The notes: generated by a model not told the origin, from the letters alone. A stretch of 64,000 nt of DNA from Opitutus sp. (GCA_013821985.1 PNJQ01000009.1:840-64839), one strand, 5' to 3'; positions 39,169 through 48,865 are shown, counted from the first letter of the stretch. Numbers and translations: made by a program.

Positions 39169-40013
39169 CAGAATCCGAGTTCCTTCAGCAGGCGCGCCGC
39201 GGTTTGCTGTGGCGCGGCAAAGTCGGCAGCGGTCAGCGGGAAGCGCCGAATGCCCGTGCGCTCGTGGAAAAAGTGCAGGGTGTCGTCGGTCGCGTGCGCG
39301 GCGAACGCCACTTGGCAACCGCCGCCAATCTGCGCCTGAAACGCGCGTTCGAGCGTGACGTTGCGAAATGTCGCCGCGTCGAGCGCGGGCGCGAGTTGCG
39401 CCGCGAAATCGTCGCGACACTGGATGGCAATGGCGCCCTGCCCCACGGCGGGCACGCTCTCCTCGAACTTCAACGCGCGAAACACAACGCCCGGCCAGCT
39501 ATGGTAGCCGAGTCGGCGCATGCCGGCGGCCGCGAGGATCGTCGCGTCCGCGTCGCCGCGCGCGATCTTGTTGAGCCGCGTGTCAACGTTACCGCGAATC
39601 TCGGTGAACTTCGCGTCCGGAAAAATCTTCGCGACCTGCAGTTGGCGGCGTGGGCTGCTCGTGCCGATGGTCGCGGGCGTCGTCACGCCTTCGCGCAATA
39701 CGAGGACGTCGTGCGTCAGTTCGCGCGGCAGAAAGCCCGCGACGGTGAGCCCGGCGGGATTCTCGCCCGGCAAGTCTTTGCAGCTGTGCACGGCCGCGTG
39801 GGCGTCGCCGCGCAGGAGCGCCTGCTCGAGCTCGGCGGTGAAGAGGCCCTTGCCCCCCTGCTTGATCAACGACCAGTCGGTCTGACGATCGCCGGTCGTG
39901 ACAATCTTCAGCAGTTCGCATTCCGCGCCCAGCTTCTCGGCGAAGCGCGCCGCGACCATGTTGGTCTGAGCGAGGGCGAGCGGGCTTTTTCTGGTGGCGA
40001 GGAGCAACTTCAT
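39168..40013 (-). CDS. hemC: Hydroxymethylbilane synthase (porphobilinogen deaminase)
   Basis: ATRKSPLALAQ, GGKGLFT.ELE, HSCKD, GTSSPRR, RGNVDTRL, ERAF...GGGC. Confidence 0.94.
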   Translation of the reverse strand: MKLLLATRKSPLALAQTNMVAARFAEKLGAECELLKIVTTGDRQTDWSLIKQGGKGLFTAELEQALLRGDAHAAVHSCKDLPGENPAGLTVAGFLPRELTHDVLVLREGVTTPATIGTSSPRRQLQVAKIFPDAKFTEIRGNVDTRLNKIARGDADATILAAAGMRRLGYHSWPGVVFRALKFEESVPAVGQGAIAIQCRDDFAAQLAPALDAATFRNVTLERAFQAQIGGGCQVAFAAHATDDTLHFFHERTGIRRFPLTAADFAAPQQTAARLLKELGF

Positions 40014-40027
40014 GAGGAGGACAAAAA

Positions 40028-40104
40028 TGGTGGACGCTGAGGGACTCGAACCCCCGACCCTCTCGGTGTAAACGAGATGCTCTAACCAACTGAGCTAAGC
40101 GTCC
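40028..40104 (-). tRNA. tRNA-Val (TAC)
   Basis: GGACGCT...TCTCG-TTTACAC-CGAGA...GTTCGAGTC...GCGTCCACCA; full cloverleaf with encoded CCA. Confidence 0.97.
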
Positions 40105-40213
40105 GGAATTCGAACGACGAAACGGCAGGCCCTTCCCCCTCGCAAGGAGAAAGCCGGGGCGGGATTTGGCAGGGAAAGCGCGGCAAATGCGTGCAGAAAC
40201 GCGGCTCCAACTA

Positions 40214-40305
40214 GGTGGACGCGCAGGCTCGTCGGGCCAAAGCCTTGGCGAAGGCTGATCCCTCTGCGCGTCGGCTTGGCGGGGAGACGGACCTGCCCGC
40301 CCACC
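40214..40305. repeat. GTGG-type REP-like hairpin with a nested AGCCTTGGCGAAGGCT palindrome
   Basis: GGTG-GACGCGCAG...CTGCGCGTC arms enclose AGCCTT-GGCG-AAGGCT (40241-40256); ends CCACC. Confidence 0.55.
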
Positions 40306-40306
40306 T

Positions 40307-41341
40307 TTACACCGCCGGCCGCAACGGGATGTCCGCGCGAATCATTGCCTCCGCGATCTGAATCGAATTCAGCGCGGCGCCCTTCCAGAGGTTGTCGCCG
40401 GCGACCCAAAACGAGAGACCGTTTTCGAGCGCCGTGTCGATGCGCAGGCGGCCCACGCCGCATTTCACTCGGCGGCTGAAATCGAGCGGCGTCGGATAAA
40501 CTTGTTGCGCCGGCGCATCGACCAGCTCCGCGCCATCGAACGCGGCGATCGCCGCGCGCGCCCCGGCCACATCGACCGGACGCTCAAACTCGGCGTTCAC
40601 CGCCACGGAATGCGCGCGCACCACCGGCACACGCACGCACGTCGCGGAGATCTTCAGCGCGGGCAGCCCCATGATTTTGCGGCTCTCCTCGCGCATCTTT
40701 GTCTCCTCGCCCGTGTAGCCGTCCGCGCCGAATGAATCGACCTGTGGGATGACGTTGAACGCGATCTGGTGCGGATAAACTTTGCGCGGCAGCGGCTCAC
40801 CCTTCGCGTAAGCCTGCACTTGCGCCTCGAGTTCATCGATCGCGTCGGCGCCTGTCCCCGAGACGGATTGATAGGTCGAAAAAAACGCCCGCTTCACGCC
40901 AAATAACTGGTGCAGTGGCCAGAGGCCCATCAGCGCCACGGCGGTCGAGCAGTTCGGGCTGGCAATGATGCCGCGGTGCCCGCGCGTGGCCGCGAGATTG
41001 ATCTCGGGAATCACGAGCGGCACGTCCGGCGCCATGCGAAACGCCGAGCTCTTGTCCAGGACGAGACAGCCGCGCTTCGCCGCTTCCGGCGCGAGGGCCT
41101 TTGCGATCGCGCCTTCCGCCGCGAAGAACGCGAGATCGAGTCCGGCGAATGCCTCGGGCGTCGCCTCGACAATCGTCAGATTTTTCCCCGCGACTTCCAC
41201 AACGCGCCCCGCGGAACGCGCCGAGGCCATCAGCCGCAGCTCCGCGAACGGAAATGCGCGCGCGACGAGAAGGCCGATCAACTCTTGACCGACTGCTCCC
41301 GTCGCCCCGACGATGCCGACCCGATAGGTTTTTGTATTCAC
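40307..41341 (-). CDS. asd: Aspartate-semialdehyde dehydrogenase
   Basis: VGATGAVG, SSAFRM, SPNCST, STYQSVSG.G, ATCVRVPV..AHS, DNLWKGAALN. GTG start. Confidence 0.95.
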   Translation of the reverse strand: MNTKTYRVGIVGATGAVGQELIGLLVARAFPFAELRLMASARSAGRVVEVAGKNLTIVEATPEAFAGLDLAFFAAEGAIAKALAPEAAKRGCLVLDKSSAFRMAPDVPLVIPEINLAATRGHRGIIASPNCSTAVALMGLWPLHQLFGVKRAFFSTYQSVSGTGADAIDELEAQVQAYAKGEPLPRKVYPHQIAFNVIPQVDSFGADGYTGEETKMREESRKIMGLPALKISATCVRVPVVRAHSVAVNAEFERPVDVAGARAAIAAFDGAELVDAPAQQVYPTPLDFSRRVKCGVGRLRIDTALENGLSFWVAGDNLWKGAALNSIQIAEAMIRADIPLRPAV

Positions 41342-41893
41342 GTGAAGGACTCTCTTGAACGGGCCAAAGAAAGATGTGCCGCTCTCGGCTGCAAGCCGAC
41401 AGAGCGTGTCATGGTCGTTTCCATCGCTCGCCAGCTCATGGCGTTCTATCACGGCGACCGGCTCGAGAAAAGTTACGTCATATCGACGTCGCTGCGCCCG
41501 CCTTCGAACGTGAAGCACTCCCTCGGCACGCCGCGCGGCCTGCACGAAATCGCGGAACGCGTCGGGGCAGGTGCGCCCCCTGGCATCGTCTTCAAGGCCC
41601 GGGCGAACACCGGCCGCCATTTCTCCGAGTTCGAGGTCGATGAGCAGGCCAAAAACCTCATCACGACCCGCATCCTTTGGCTCCGCGGCAAGGAACCGGG
41701 CGTCAACGCCGGCCAGAACGCCACCGGCGAGTCAGTCGATACCTACGAGCGCTACGTTTACATTCACGGCACCAATCACGAGGAGCGCCTCGGTTCGCCC
41801 GCCAGCAGCGGCTGCGTGCAGATGCGCAACCTCGACATCATCGAACTCTACGACCAAGTGCGCACAGGCGACTTGGTGTGGATCGAGGATTGA
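41342..41893 (+). CDS. L,D-transpeptidase (YkuD-like)
   Basis: ISTS, TPRGLH, YIHGTN.E..LG.PASSGCV.M. Start GTG 41342 or ATG 41411. Confidence 0.9.
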   Translation: MKDSLERAKERCAALGCKPTERVMVVSIARQLMAFYHGDRLEKSYVISTSLRPPSNVKHSLGTPRGLHEIAERVGAGAPPGIVFKARANTGRHFSEFEVDEQAKNLITTRILWLRGKEPGVNAGQNATGESVDTYERYVYIHGTNHEERLGSPASSGCVQMRNLDIIELYDQVRTGDLVWIED

Positions 41894-41966
41894 GGTAGCC
41901 CGGCCTCTCCGAGGACGGGAGGTTAGGCCGCAACGACCCGTGCCCGGAGGTCGCGGGCGACCCTAC
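41894..41966. repeat. GTAG-type REP-like inverted pair
   Basis: GGTAG-CCCGGCCTC-TCC-GAGGACGGG and inverted ...GGGCGACCCTAC between convergent genes. Confidence 0.5.
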
Positions 41967-44239
41967 TCGTTCTTCCCGAACAACAGCCGCAGCGAATTCA
42001 GGCACACGACGACGGTGCTGCCTTCGTGCGCGACCACGCCGATGCTCAACGGGATCACGCCCGCGAGCGCGGCGAGCACCATCAGCACCACCGTGCCGAG
42101 CGAGATCACGAGGTTCTGCCGAATAATGCGCCGCGCGCGCCGGCTGAGTTGCAACGCCGCGACGAAATTCTCGATGCGATCATGCATCAACACGACCTCG
42201 CTTTGTTCCAACGCGGCATCGCTGCCGCGCGCGCCCATCGCCACAGCGACGTAGGACGCCGCGAGGCACGGCGCGTCGTTCACGCCGTCGCCCACCATCG
42301 CCACCTTGCGGCCCTCGCGTCCGAGGGCGTCGATGATTTCGACCTTCTGTTCCGGCGAAAGTCCGGCGCGCACTTCGTCGAGCCCGATCTCCTTGGCCAC
42401 CGATTCCGCCGTGTGCCGGCGGTCCCCGGTGAGCATGATCGACCGAATGCCGCGCGCATGCAGCTTGGCCAGCACGCCGCGCGATTCGGCGCGCAACTGG
42501 TCCTTCAGCAGCAGTCGACCGACGATGCCGTGCGCGACGACCCAGACCTCGGAAAATTCGGCTTCGGCCGGTGGCACTTTCTCCAGCCACTGCGCAAATG
42601 GTCCGGCCGCGAGCAATTCCCGCCGCCCGAGGACCACGTTGCCATCGGCGAATTTTCCGCGCACACCCTGGCCCGTGATTGATTCGAACTTCGCCACCTC
42701 GCGCACCGTCACGCCTTCGCGCCGCGCGTGCAGTGTCACCGCCCGCGCGATCGGATGATGCGAGTGGCGTTCAAGCGCATAGGCGAGTTCCAGCACCTCG
42801 CGCTCGCGCCCATGCGGGAAACTCTCGACTGAAACGACGGCGAGTTCACCCGTCGTCAGCGTGCCGGTTTTATCGAGCGCCACGGTGTCGATCTCGGCGA
42901 GCTTTTCGATCGCTGCGCCGCCGCGGAACAACACGCCGTGGCGCGCACCCCAGGCGATGGCCGCCAGCACGGCGGACGGAATCGACAACACCAGCGCGCA
43001 GGGACTCGCGACGACGAGCAGTGTCATCGCGCGATAGAACGCGGACGCCTGTCCATCCACGCTCTTGAACGGCGGCAGGTCGAATCCGAGCCACCAGACG
43101 AGAAACATCAGCGCCGTCGCACCGAGCACGAGCAGCGTGTAGTTGCCGCCGAAGCGATCGGTGAAACGCTGGCTGGGCGCCTTCAGCTTCTGCGCCGTCT
43201 GGATGAGCCGAACGATTTTCTGCAACGTGCTTTCGCTCGGCAGCCGTTGCACCGTCACTTCGACGGAACCCCAGAGATTAATCGTGCCGCTGAACACGCT
43301 CGCGCCCACGCCTTTTTCCACCGGCACGGATTCGCCGGTGAGATTCGACTCATCGCTCGCGGTCTCGCCTTTCGTCACGTCGCCGTCGGCCGCGAACATC
43401 TCCCCGGGCTTCACGATGAGGCGGTCGCCGATCTTCAGTTCGTCCACCGAGACGACCTTCTGCGATCCGTCCGTCGCGACGATGGTCGCGAGCTTCGGTG
43501 CGGTGTGCAGGAGCGCCGAAACTTCGCGCTGCGTGCGCTCCATCGCGAATGCCTCCATCGCGCCCGCACCGGAAAACAGGAACAGCAGCAGCACCGCCTC
43601 GCCCCACGCGCCGACCGCCACCGCGCCGAGCGCGACGGCGAGCATCAGGAAGTGAATGTCGAGTTTCCGTCGGCGGATGTTTGCCCAGGAATCGATCGCC
43701 GCGTCCCAGCCGCCCGCCATCAGCGCGACGACATACAAGCTCGTCACCACCGGCGGCGTCGCTCCGAACTTCGAGCTGGCGAACGCGGCCAAACCCGCGA
43801 CGCCGCAGACCGTCGCGAGTGTCGCCAGCAACTTCCACTCGGATTCGTCCGCCCCTCCACCATGCCCGTGTCCGTGATCGTCGTCGTGCTCGGTCTCGGC
43901 CGTTTCCGGCAGCGAATACTCCTGCCAGCGATAAAAACTCGGCGCCGTCTCGCAAGTCGGGCGCGCGACGGTGGTGACGCTGCCGGACTGCTTCACCACA
44001 AAACCCGGCTGCGCCACCGGTGCGGGGCTGCGCCGTCCCTCCGCGAGCTTCGCCTCGATCGCGAGCAGCACGTGTTGGATCTGCGTCTCGAGTTGCGTCG
44101 TGTCGATCTGCCCGATCGTCGCGACCGAGACCTTCATGTCGGCGGTGTTGAGGCGCACGGCGGCCACCCCGGGTTGCTCCTCAAGAAACCGGATGAGTTC
44201 CTTCGTCCACTCCGCGCCCGCGCGCTGCGTCGCTTGCAT
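41963..44239 (-). CDS. Heavy-metal P1B-type ATPase, P1B-4-like
   Basis: TGES, SPC, DKTGT, HP, GDGVNDAP, HEGST; His/acidic N-terminal patch. Confidence 0.93.
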   Translation of the reverse strand: MQATQRAGAEWTKELIRFLEEQPGVAAVRLNTADMKVSVATIGQIDTTQLETQIQHVLLAIEAKLAEGRRSPAPVAQPGFVVKQSGSVTTVARPTCETAPSFYRWQEYSLPETAETEHDDDHGHGHGGGADESEWKLLATLATVCGVAGLAAFASSKFGATPPVVTSLYVVALMAGGWDAAIDSWANIRRRKLDIHFLMLAVALGAVAVGAWGEAVLLLFLFSGAGAMEAFAMERTQREVSALLHTAPKLATIVATDGSQKVVSVDELKIGDRLIVKPGEMFAADGDVTKGETASDESNLTGESVPVEKGVGASVFSGTINLWGSVEVTVQRLPSESTLQKIVRLIQTAQKLKAPSQRFTDRFGGNYTLLVLGATALMFLVWWLGFDLPPFKSVDGQASAFYRAMTLLVVASPCALVLSIPSAVLAAIAWGARHGVLFRGGAAIEKLAEIDTVALDKTGTLTTGELAVVSVESFPHGREREVLELAYALERHSHHPIARAVTLHARREGVTVREVAKFESITGQGVRGKFADGNVVLGRRELLAAGPFAQWLEKVPPAEAEFSEVWVVAHGIVGRLLLKDQLRAESRGVLAKLHARGIRSIMLTGDRRHTAESVAKEIGLDEVRAGLSPEQKVEIIDALGREGRKVAMVGDGVNDAPCLAASYVAVAMGARGSDAALEQSEVVLMHDRIENFVAALQLSRRARRIIRQNLVISLGTVVLMVLAALAGVIPLSIGVVAHEGSTVVVCLNSLRLLFGKNE

Positions 44240-44316
44240 GATTCGAGGCTGTGGGCGCCGCGGGCCCTCGCAAATTAATTTGCGCCGACCGGGCGTCATC
44301 AGCTCATTCGCTGACG

Positions 44317-46377
44317 ATGATTAGCCTGAACGAGGGTGGCGGGCCCGTCGCTTCACGCGCGGACGAGTTGACGGCGGCGGTTTTCGCCGACGACGGCTGG
44401 CTGTGCGACGTCCTCCAGCTTGAACACCGACCCGAACAGGAACGCATGGCGCACGCCGTGGCCGCTGCGATGTGCGGCGACACCAGCCTCCTCTGCGAAG
44501 CGGGCACGGGCGTCGGCAAGAGCCTCGCGTATCTCGTGCCGGGCCTCATCCACGCCGTGGACACGAAGCGGCAATTCCTCGTCTCGACGCACACGAAGAC
44601 GCTGCAGGAACAAATCCGTGACAAGGACCTCGCCAACTGCCGCCGCCTCTTTGCGGCCGTGCCGGAGCTGGCCGCCTACCGCGATTTCACGAGCGCCGTG
44701 CTGATGGGCAAAGGCAATTACCTCTGCACGACACGGCTCAAGCGCGCGCTCGCGGAAAAGCGCGAACTCTTTCAATCGCCCGAGCAGGACGAGCTGCAGC
44801 GCGTCGCCGAATGGGCGAAGGCGACCGAGACCGGTTTGCTGATCGATTTCAAACCGCGCCTCAGCGCCGACGTGTGGGAGGAAATCTCCGCCGACTCCGA
44901 CGCGTGCTCCGCGAAAAATTGTGCGGACGGCAAGTGCTTCTACCGCCGTGCCAAGGCGCGCTGTGACGCCGCGAATCTCCTCATCGTGAATCACAGTCTG
45001 CTCTTCACGCTCATGGCGGTGAACGACGCGTTCGAGAAAAGCCCGGCGAGCGGCATTCTGCGCCTGGAAGATTTCGCCGTGCTCGACGAAGCGCACACCG
45101 TGCCCGACATCGCCACGGAGCATCTCGGGCTCGGCCTCAGTTCGAGCGGACTGCGCCGCCTCCTCGTCCAGCTCTATAATCCGACGAAAACCAAAGGCCT
45201 CTTCGTCAAACACGACGACACGCAAGCGTGCCGCGCGGTGGAGATCGCGCTTGAGCAAACCGCGTATTTTTTCGCCGGCCTCGCCGAGCGGATTCCGCTG
45301 GGCAAATCGACTCAACGCGTCCGCGAGCCCGGGATCGCGGAGAACGTCCTCGGCGGTCCGCTCAACGCCGTGCTCGCCCGCCTCGACGCCTTGCGCACGA
45401 AACTGCCCGAGGGCGTGGCGCAGGACGAAGTCACCGCCAAACACCGCCGCGTCAGCTCGTATCGCGAAGGCATCACGTCGTGGCTGACGCTCGCCCGCGA
45501 AGGCCATGTGCACTGGCTCGAATCTGCGAAATCGCGCCGCGAACTCGTCATCCACCTCCGCTCGGCGCCGCTCGACGTTTCGGCCGAATTGCGCGAACGA
45601 CTCTTTTCCCGCCACACTGCCGCCGTATTAACGAGCGCGACGCTCGCCACCGGGAGCACGATCGAGCCTTTCCGCGATCGCGTCGGCGCACACGCGGTCG
45701 AAACGCTGATTGAGAAATCGCCGTTCGATTTCGCGCGCCACATGCGCGTTTACCTCGCGGCCGACATTCCGGAGCCGACAGCCAACGAGGGTCGGCTCGA
45801 TCTCGACATGCTCACTGACTACGTGCGCTTTTGCACGCTGGCAGTGCCGGGCGGCTCGCTCGTGCTGTTCACGAGCTACCGCGATTTGCAGGACGTCGCG
45901 GGTCGCCTCGCGGCCGATTACCGCACCGCCGGCCGGCCATTGCTCGTGCAGGAAGCGGGTGTGTCCCGCTCCGATCTCGCCGAACGGCTCCGTCAGGCGG
46001 GCAACGGCGTGTTGTTCGGCACCGAGAGTTTTTGGACCGGCATCGACGTGCCGGGCAACGCGCTCGCGCAGGTGATCATTACCCGCCTGCCGTTCGAACC
46101 GCCGAACCACCCCGTCGCCCAGGCGCGGGCCGAGTGGATCGCCTCGGAGGGCGGCAACCCCTTTGCGCAACTGGCCCTGCCCGAAGCGCTCGGCAAATTT
46201 CGTCAGGGCATCGGGCGGCTGATCCGGAGCAAGACCGACCGCGGCGTCGTCACCATCCTGGACCCGCGGGTGCTGACAAAGGCCTATGGACGCGAATTCG
46301 TCGCCTGCCTGCCCAACCCCCAATTCGAGCGGCTCACCCGCGCCAATCGCGCGGAAACATTTCGTCCTTTCGTTTAA
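44317..46377 (+). CDS. DinG/YoaA family Fe-S DNA helicase
   Basis: RPEQ, AGTGVGKS, four Fe-S Cys, DEAH, TSATL, LFTSY, FWTGIDVPG, RQGIGRLIR. Confidence 0.94.
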   Translation: MISLNEGGGPVASRADELTAAVFADDGWLCDVLQLEHRPEQERMAHAVAAAMCGDTSLLCEAGTGVGKSLAYLVPGLIHAVDTKRQFLVSTHTKTLQEQIRDKDLANCRRLFAAVPELAAYRDFTSAVLMGKGNYLCTTRLKRALAEKRELFQSPEQDELQRVAEWAKATETGLLIDFKPRLSADVWEEISADSDACSAKNCADGKCFYRRAKARCDAANLLIVNHSLLFTLMAVNDAFEKSPASGILRLEDFAVLDEAHTVPDIATEHLGLGLSSSGLRRLLVQLYNPTKTKGLFVKHDDTQACRAVEIALEQTAYFFAGLAERIPLGKSTQRVREPGIAENVLGGPLNAVLARLDALRTKLPEGVAQDEVTAKHRRVSSYREGITSWLTLAREGHVHWLESAKSRRELVIHLRSAPLDVSAELRERLFSRHTAAVLTSATLATGSTIEPFRDRVGAHAVETLIEKSPFDFARHMRVYLAADIPEPTANEGRLDLDMLTDYVRFCTLAVPGGSLVLFTSYRDLQDVAGRLAADYRTAGRPLLVQEAGVSRSDLAERLRQAGNGVLFGTESFWTGIDVPGNALAQVIITRLPFEPPNHPVAQARAEWIASEGGNPFAQLALPEALGKFRQGIGRLIRSKTDRGVVTILDPRVLTKAYGREFVACLPNPQFERLTRANRAETFRPFV

Positions 46378-46404
46378 GCCGCCGCCGGGCAAGTTTGCCG
46401 GGAC

Positions 46405-47118
46405 ATGAAGCTGCGTTCGTCCGCTCTGAGTGACATCGGCTGTCTCCGCACGGAGAACGAGGACAATTCGCTCTGCGACGACGCGCTCCAGCTCTACGCC
46501 GTCGCCGACGGCATCGGCGGACTGCCCGGTGGCGCCCAAGCCAGCCGACGCGCGCTGGCCAGCCTTCAGGCGTGGTTCGAGGCGCACGCCAAGGACAGCC
46601 AGCCCGACTACACCACCGCGCTTCGCGAAGCCAATGAGGCGGTCTTCGCGCTCGGTCGCCAGATCAGCCCACGCCACGGCATCGGCACGACGCTGACGCT
46701 CGCGCATTTTGCGCACGACGCACTGCACACGACCCACGTGGGCGACAGTTTTATGTTCCGCCTGCGGGCCGGAGAACTGGACACGCTCACGACCGAACAC
46801 AATCTCGAGAACGAAATGAAGGCCCGCGCCGCCCGCGGCGAACCCACGATGGTTTTGCACGAGAACCGCGCCGCGCTCACCCGCTGCGTCGGCCAGCCAC
46901 CCCCGCTCGACGGCGACCACGCCGCGCATCCGGTCGAAACCGGCGATCGCTACTTGATTTGCACTGACGGCATCACGCGTTGCATCACGCCGTTCGAGAT
47001 CACGCGCCACCTTGCGGACGCAGTGGAACCGGCGCAGGCCGCCCGCAGCCTCGTCGATCTCGCGCGCGATCGCGGCGGTCTCGACAATGCGACCGCGGTC
47101 GTGGTGTTCGTGGAGTGA
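46405..47118 (+). CDS. PP2C (PPM) family Ser/Thr phosphatase
   Basis: R.ENED, VADGIGG, GTTL, HVGDS, CTDG, GG.DNAT. Confidence 0.92.
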   Translation: MKLRSSALSDIGCLRTENEDNSLCDDALQLYAVADGIGGLPGGAQASRRALASLQAWFEAHAKDSQPDYTTALREANEAVFALGRQISPRHGIGTTLTLAHFAHDALHTTHVGDSFMFRLRAGELDTLTTEHNLENEMKARAARGEPTMVLHENRAALTRCVGQPPPLDGDHAAHPVETGDRYLICTDGITRCITPFEITRHLADAVEPAQAARSLVDLARDRGGLDNATAVVVFVE

Positions 47119-47272
47119 ATCGTCGCTTTTCATTCCGACAATCCGCGGGTGAAATTCATGCCGACATGTCCAACGTTGGGGCTGGCCCTTATGGCCGGGC
47201 CGCCGGCCCGAAAGGTCTTTCCGGCCCGTGGACAAGCGACGGCCCGATATCGAACGCAATCACAGGTGTAAC

Positions 47273-47578
47273 ATGACTTCCGCCCGATTCGCCGCGCTGG
47301 TCGCTTCGCAACCTGAGAACGAGATGTTTCGTTTTAGTCTCGCGCAGGCCTTGCTGCGCGAGGAACAGACCGCGGCGGCGATTCCGCATCTGGAATTCTG
47401 TGCGAACAAGAAGGCCGACTGGATGATGGCGCGCATTCTCCTCGGCAAAGCGCTCCTCGCCCTCGGCCGCAAAGCTGACGCGAAGCCGTGGCTCGAACAG
47501 GCGCTGCATCTCGCCATCGAACAAGCTCACGAAGATCCGGAGCGGGAGTTGCGCGCAATTTTGGCGGAGCTGAGCTAA
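47273..47578 (+). CDS. Small TPR-like protein
   Basis: P.NEMFRFSLAQAL, LLGKAL..LG...AK..L.QA, Q.HEDP. Confidence 0.75.
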   Translation: MTSARFAALVASQPENEMFRFSLAQALLREEQTAAAIPHLEFCANKKADWMMARILLGKALLALGRKADAKPWLEQALHLAIEQAHEDPERELRAILAELS

Positions 47579-47593
47579 ACCGATCAGGATGTA

Positions 47594-47670
47594 ACCGCGA
47601 AAAACACAAAACACACGAAAGGTTTGAGCACCGCCGCCGAGGCTTTCGTGTGTTTCGTGTTTTTCGTGGT
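47594..47670. repeat. Long inverted repeat built of 9-nt CACGAA subunits
   Basis: 28-nt arms ACCGCGAAAAACACAAAACACACGAAAG / CTTTCGTGTGTTTCGTGTTTTTCGTGGT with 2 deviations; between convergent genes. Confidence 0.85.
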
Positions 47671-47684
47671 GAACCCCATTCGTC

Positions 47685-48635
47685 TCAGCGCCAGAGCGGC
47701 GCCGGGTAGCGGCCGGTAGCGACGAGTTCGCGCACGGCGTGCTGCGCGGTGGGCAGGTCCTCGCGATACGTGATGCCGAACCACGCGTCGTCGCTGTGCA
47801 GCAACGCGATGTTCGCCGCGCCGCGCTGATTGAGGTCGCTGAGCGCCGTCGGCAAATAAAACTCTGCCTTTGGATCCGCGCCGCGCTCGCGCAGGAAATC
47901 TCCAAAGAGTTGTGCCAGCTGACTGAACACCGCAGGCGTGAAGCCCCAGAAATTCATCGAGACCGTTTCCTCGCCGCTCAGGCGATGAGTGACGCCGTCG
48001 CCATCGGTGTAGCGCGCGCCGTCGGCGGTCTTCTCGATTTTCGTTAGCTCGGTGATGCGCAGCAATCGGCCGGGCGAATCGATCGAGCAGAGGCCGCGGC
48101 TGACCGTGCCGTGCTCCGAAAGCGTCTGGCGCAACGGGTAGCCGACGAGTGCGTAGCCTTGGGGCCCCGGCGCCCCCGCCACGTTTCCCCGCCCTGCCGC
48201 AAAGTGGTTCGCCAGCGCGCGATAGCCGGCCGCGCCGTAGAAATCGTCGGCGTTGATTACCGCGAACGGCCGCGTGACCGCATGCCGCGCCGCGAGCACG
48301 GCATGTCCGGTGCCCCACGGCTTCGTGCGCGGTGATTGCGGGACCGGCCGGCTTGCCGGCGATTCGGTCGGCAGGTCGTTCAGTTCCTGGAACACGTATT
48401 CCACCGCCATGCGCGACTCGAGCCGCCGGCCGATGGTGGCGCGAAAGTCCGCCTCGATGTCCTTGCGGATGACGAGCACGAGGCGATCAAAGCCCGCGCG
48501 CCGCGCATCGAAGATCGAATATTCGATGATGAGTTCGCCGTGCGGCCCGACGGGCTCGACCTGCTTGAGGCCGCCGAAACGGCTGCCCATGCCCGCGGCG
48601 AGGATGACAAGGTCGTAGGAGGAGGAATTGCCCAC
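47685..48635 (-). CDS. Sugar-phosphate nucleotidyltransferase family protein
   Basis: ILAAGMGSRFGGLKQ, KPWGTGHA, INADDFYG, SMNFWGF, EFYLP, WFGITY. Confidence 0.9.
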   Translation of the reverse strand: MGNSSSYDLVILAAGMGSRFGGLKQVEPVGPHGELIIEYSIFDARRAGFDRLVLVIRKDIEADFRATIGRRLESRMAVEYVFQELNDLPTESPASRPVPQSPRTKPWGTGHAVLAARHAVTRPFAVINADDFYGAAGYRALANHFAAGRGNVAGAPGPQGYALVGYPLRQTLSEHGTVSRGLCSIDSPGRLLRITELTKIEKTADGARYTDGDGVTHRLSGEETVSMNFWGFTPAVFSQLAQLFGDFLRERGADPKAEFYLPTALSDLNQRGAANIALLHSDDAWFGITYREDLPTAQHAVRELVATGRYPAPLWR

Positions 48636-48790
48636 GCAACACACGAAAGACACGAATAGGACGAAGGGAACCCTGATTTCGCTCCCCTGCCCTGTCGCGC
48701 CGGTGTGGACGCGGTAGAAAAATCTTGTGGATTTTCGGCAAAAATTATGGCTTCTACGCCACTCCCCGGCCGCATGGCCGGTTGGGACAC

Positions 48791-48865
48791 GCCAGAGTAG
48801 CTCAGTGGTAGAGCAGGGGACTCATAAGCCCTTGGTCGGCAGTTCAATCCTGCCCTCTGGCACCA
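48791..48865 (+). tRNA. tRNA with CAT anticodon (elongator Met or Ile2; not initiator)
   Basis: GCCAGAG...GGGGA-CTCATAA-GCCCT...GGCAG-TTCAATC-CTGCC-CTCTGGC-ACCA; G1-C72 is paired. Confidence 0.93.

Noticed and set aside
41334-41349. parS-like palindrome GTATTCACGTGAAGGA
   Set aside because: Only the central 10 bp match TGTTTCACGTGAAACA; explained by back-to-back GTG-AA starts.
47594-47670. CRISPR or iteron interpretation of the periodic repeats
   Set aside because: Only two inverted arms, no repeat-spacer array, no cas or rep gene.
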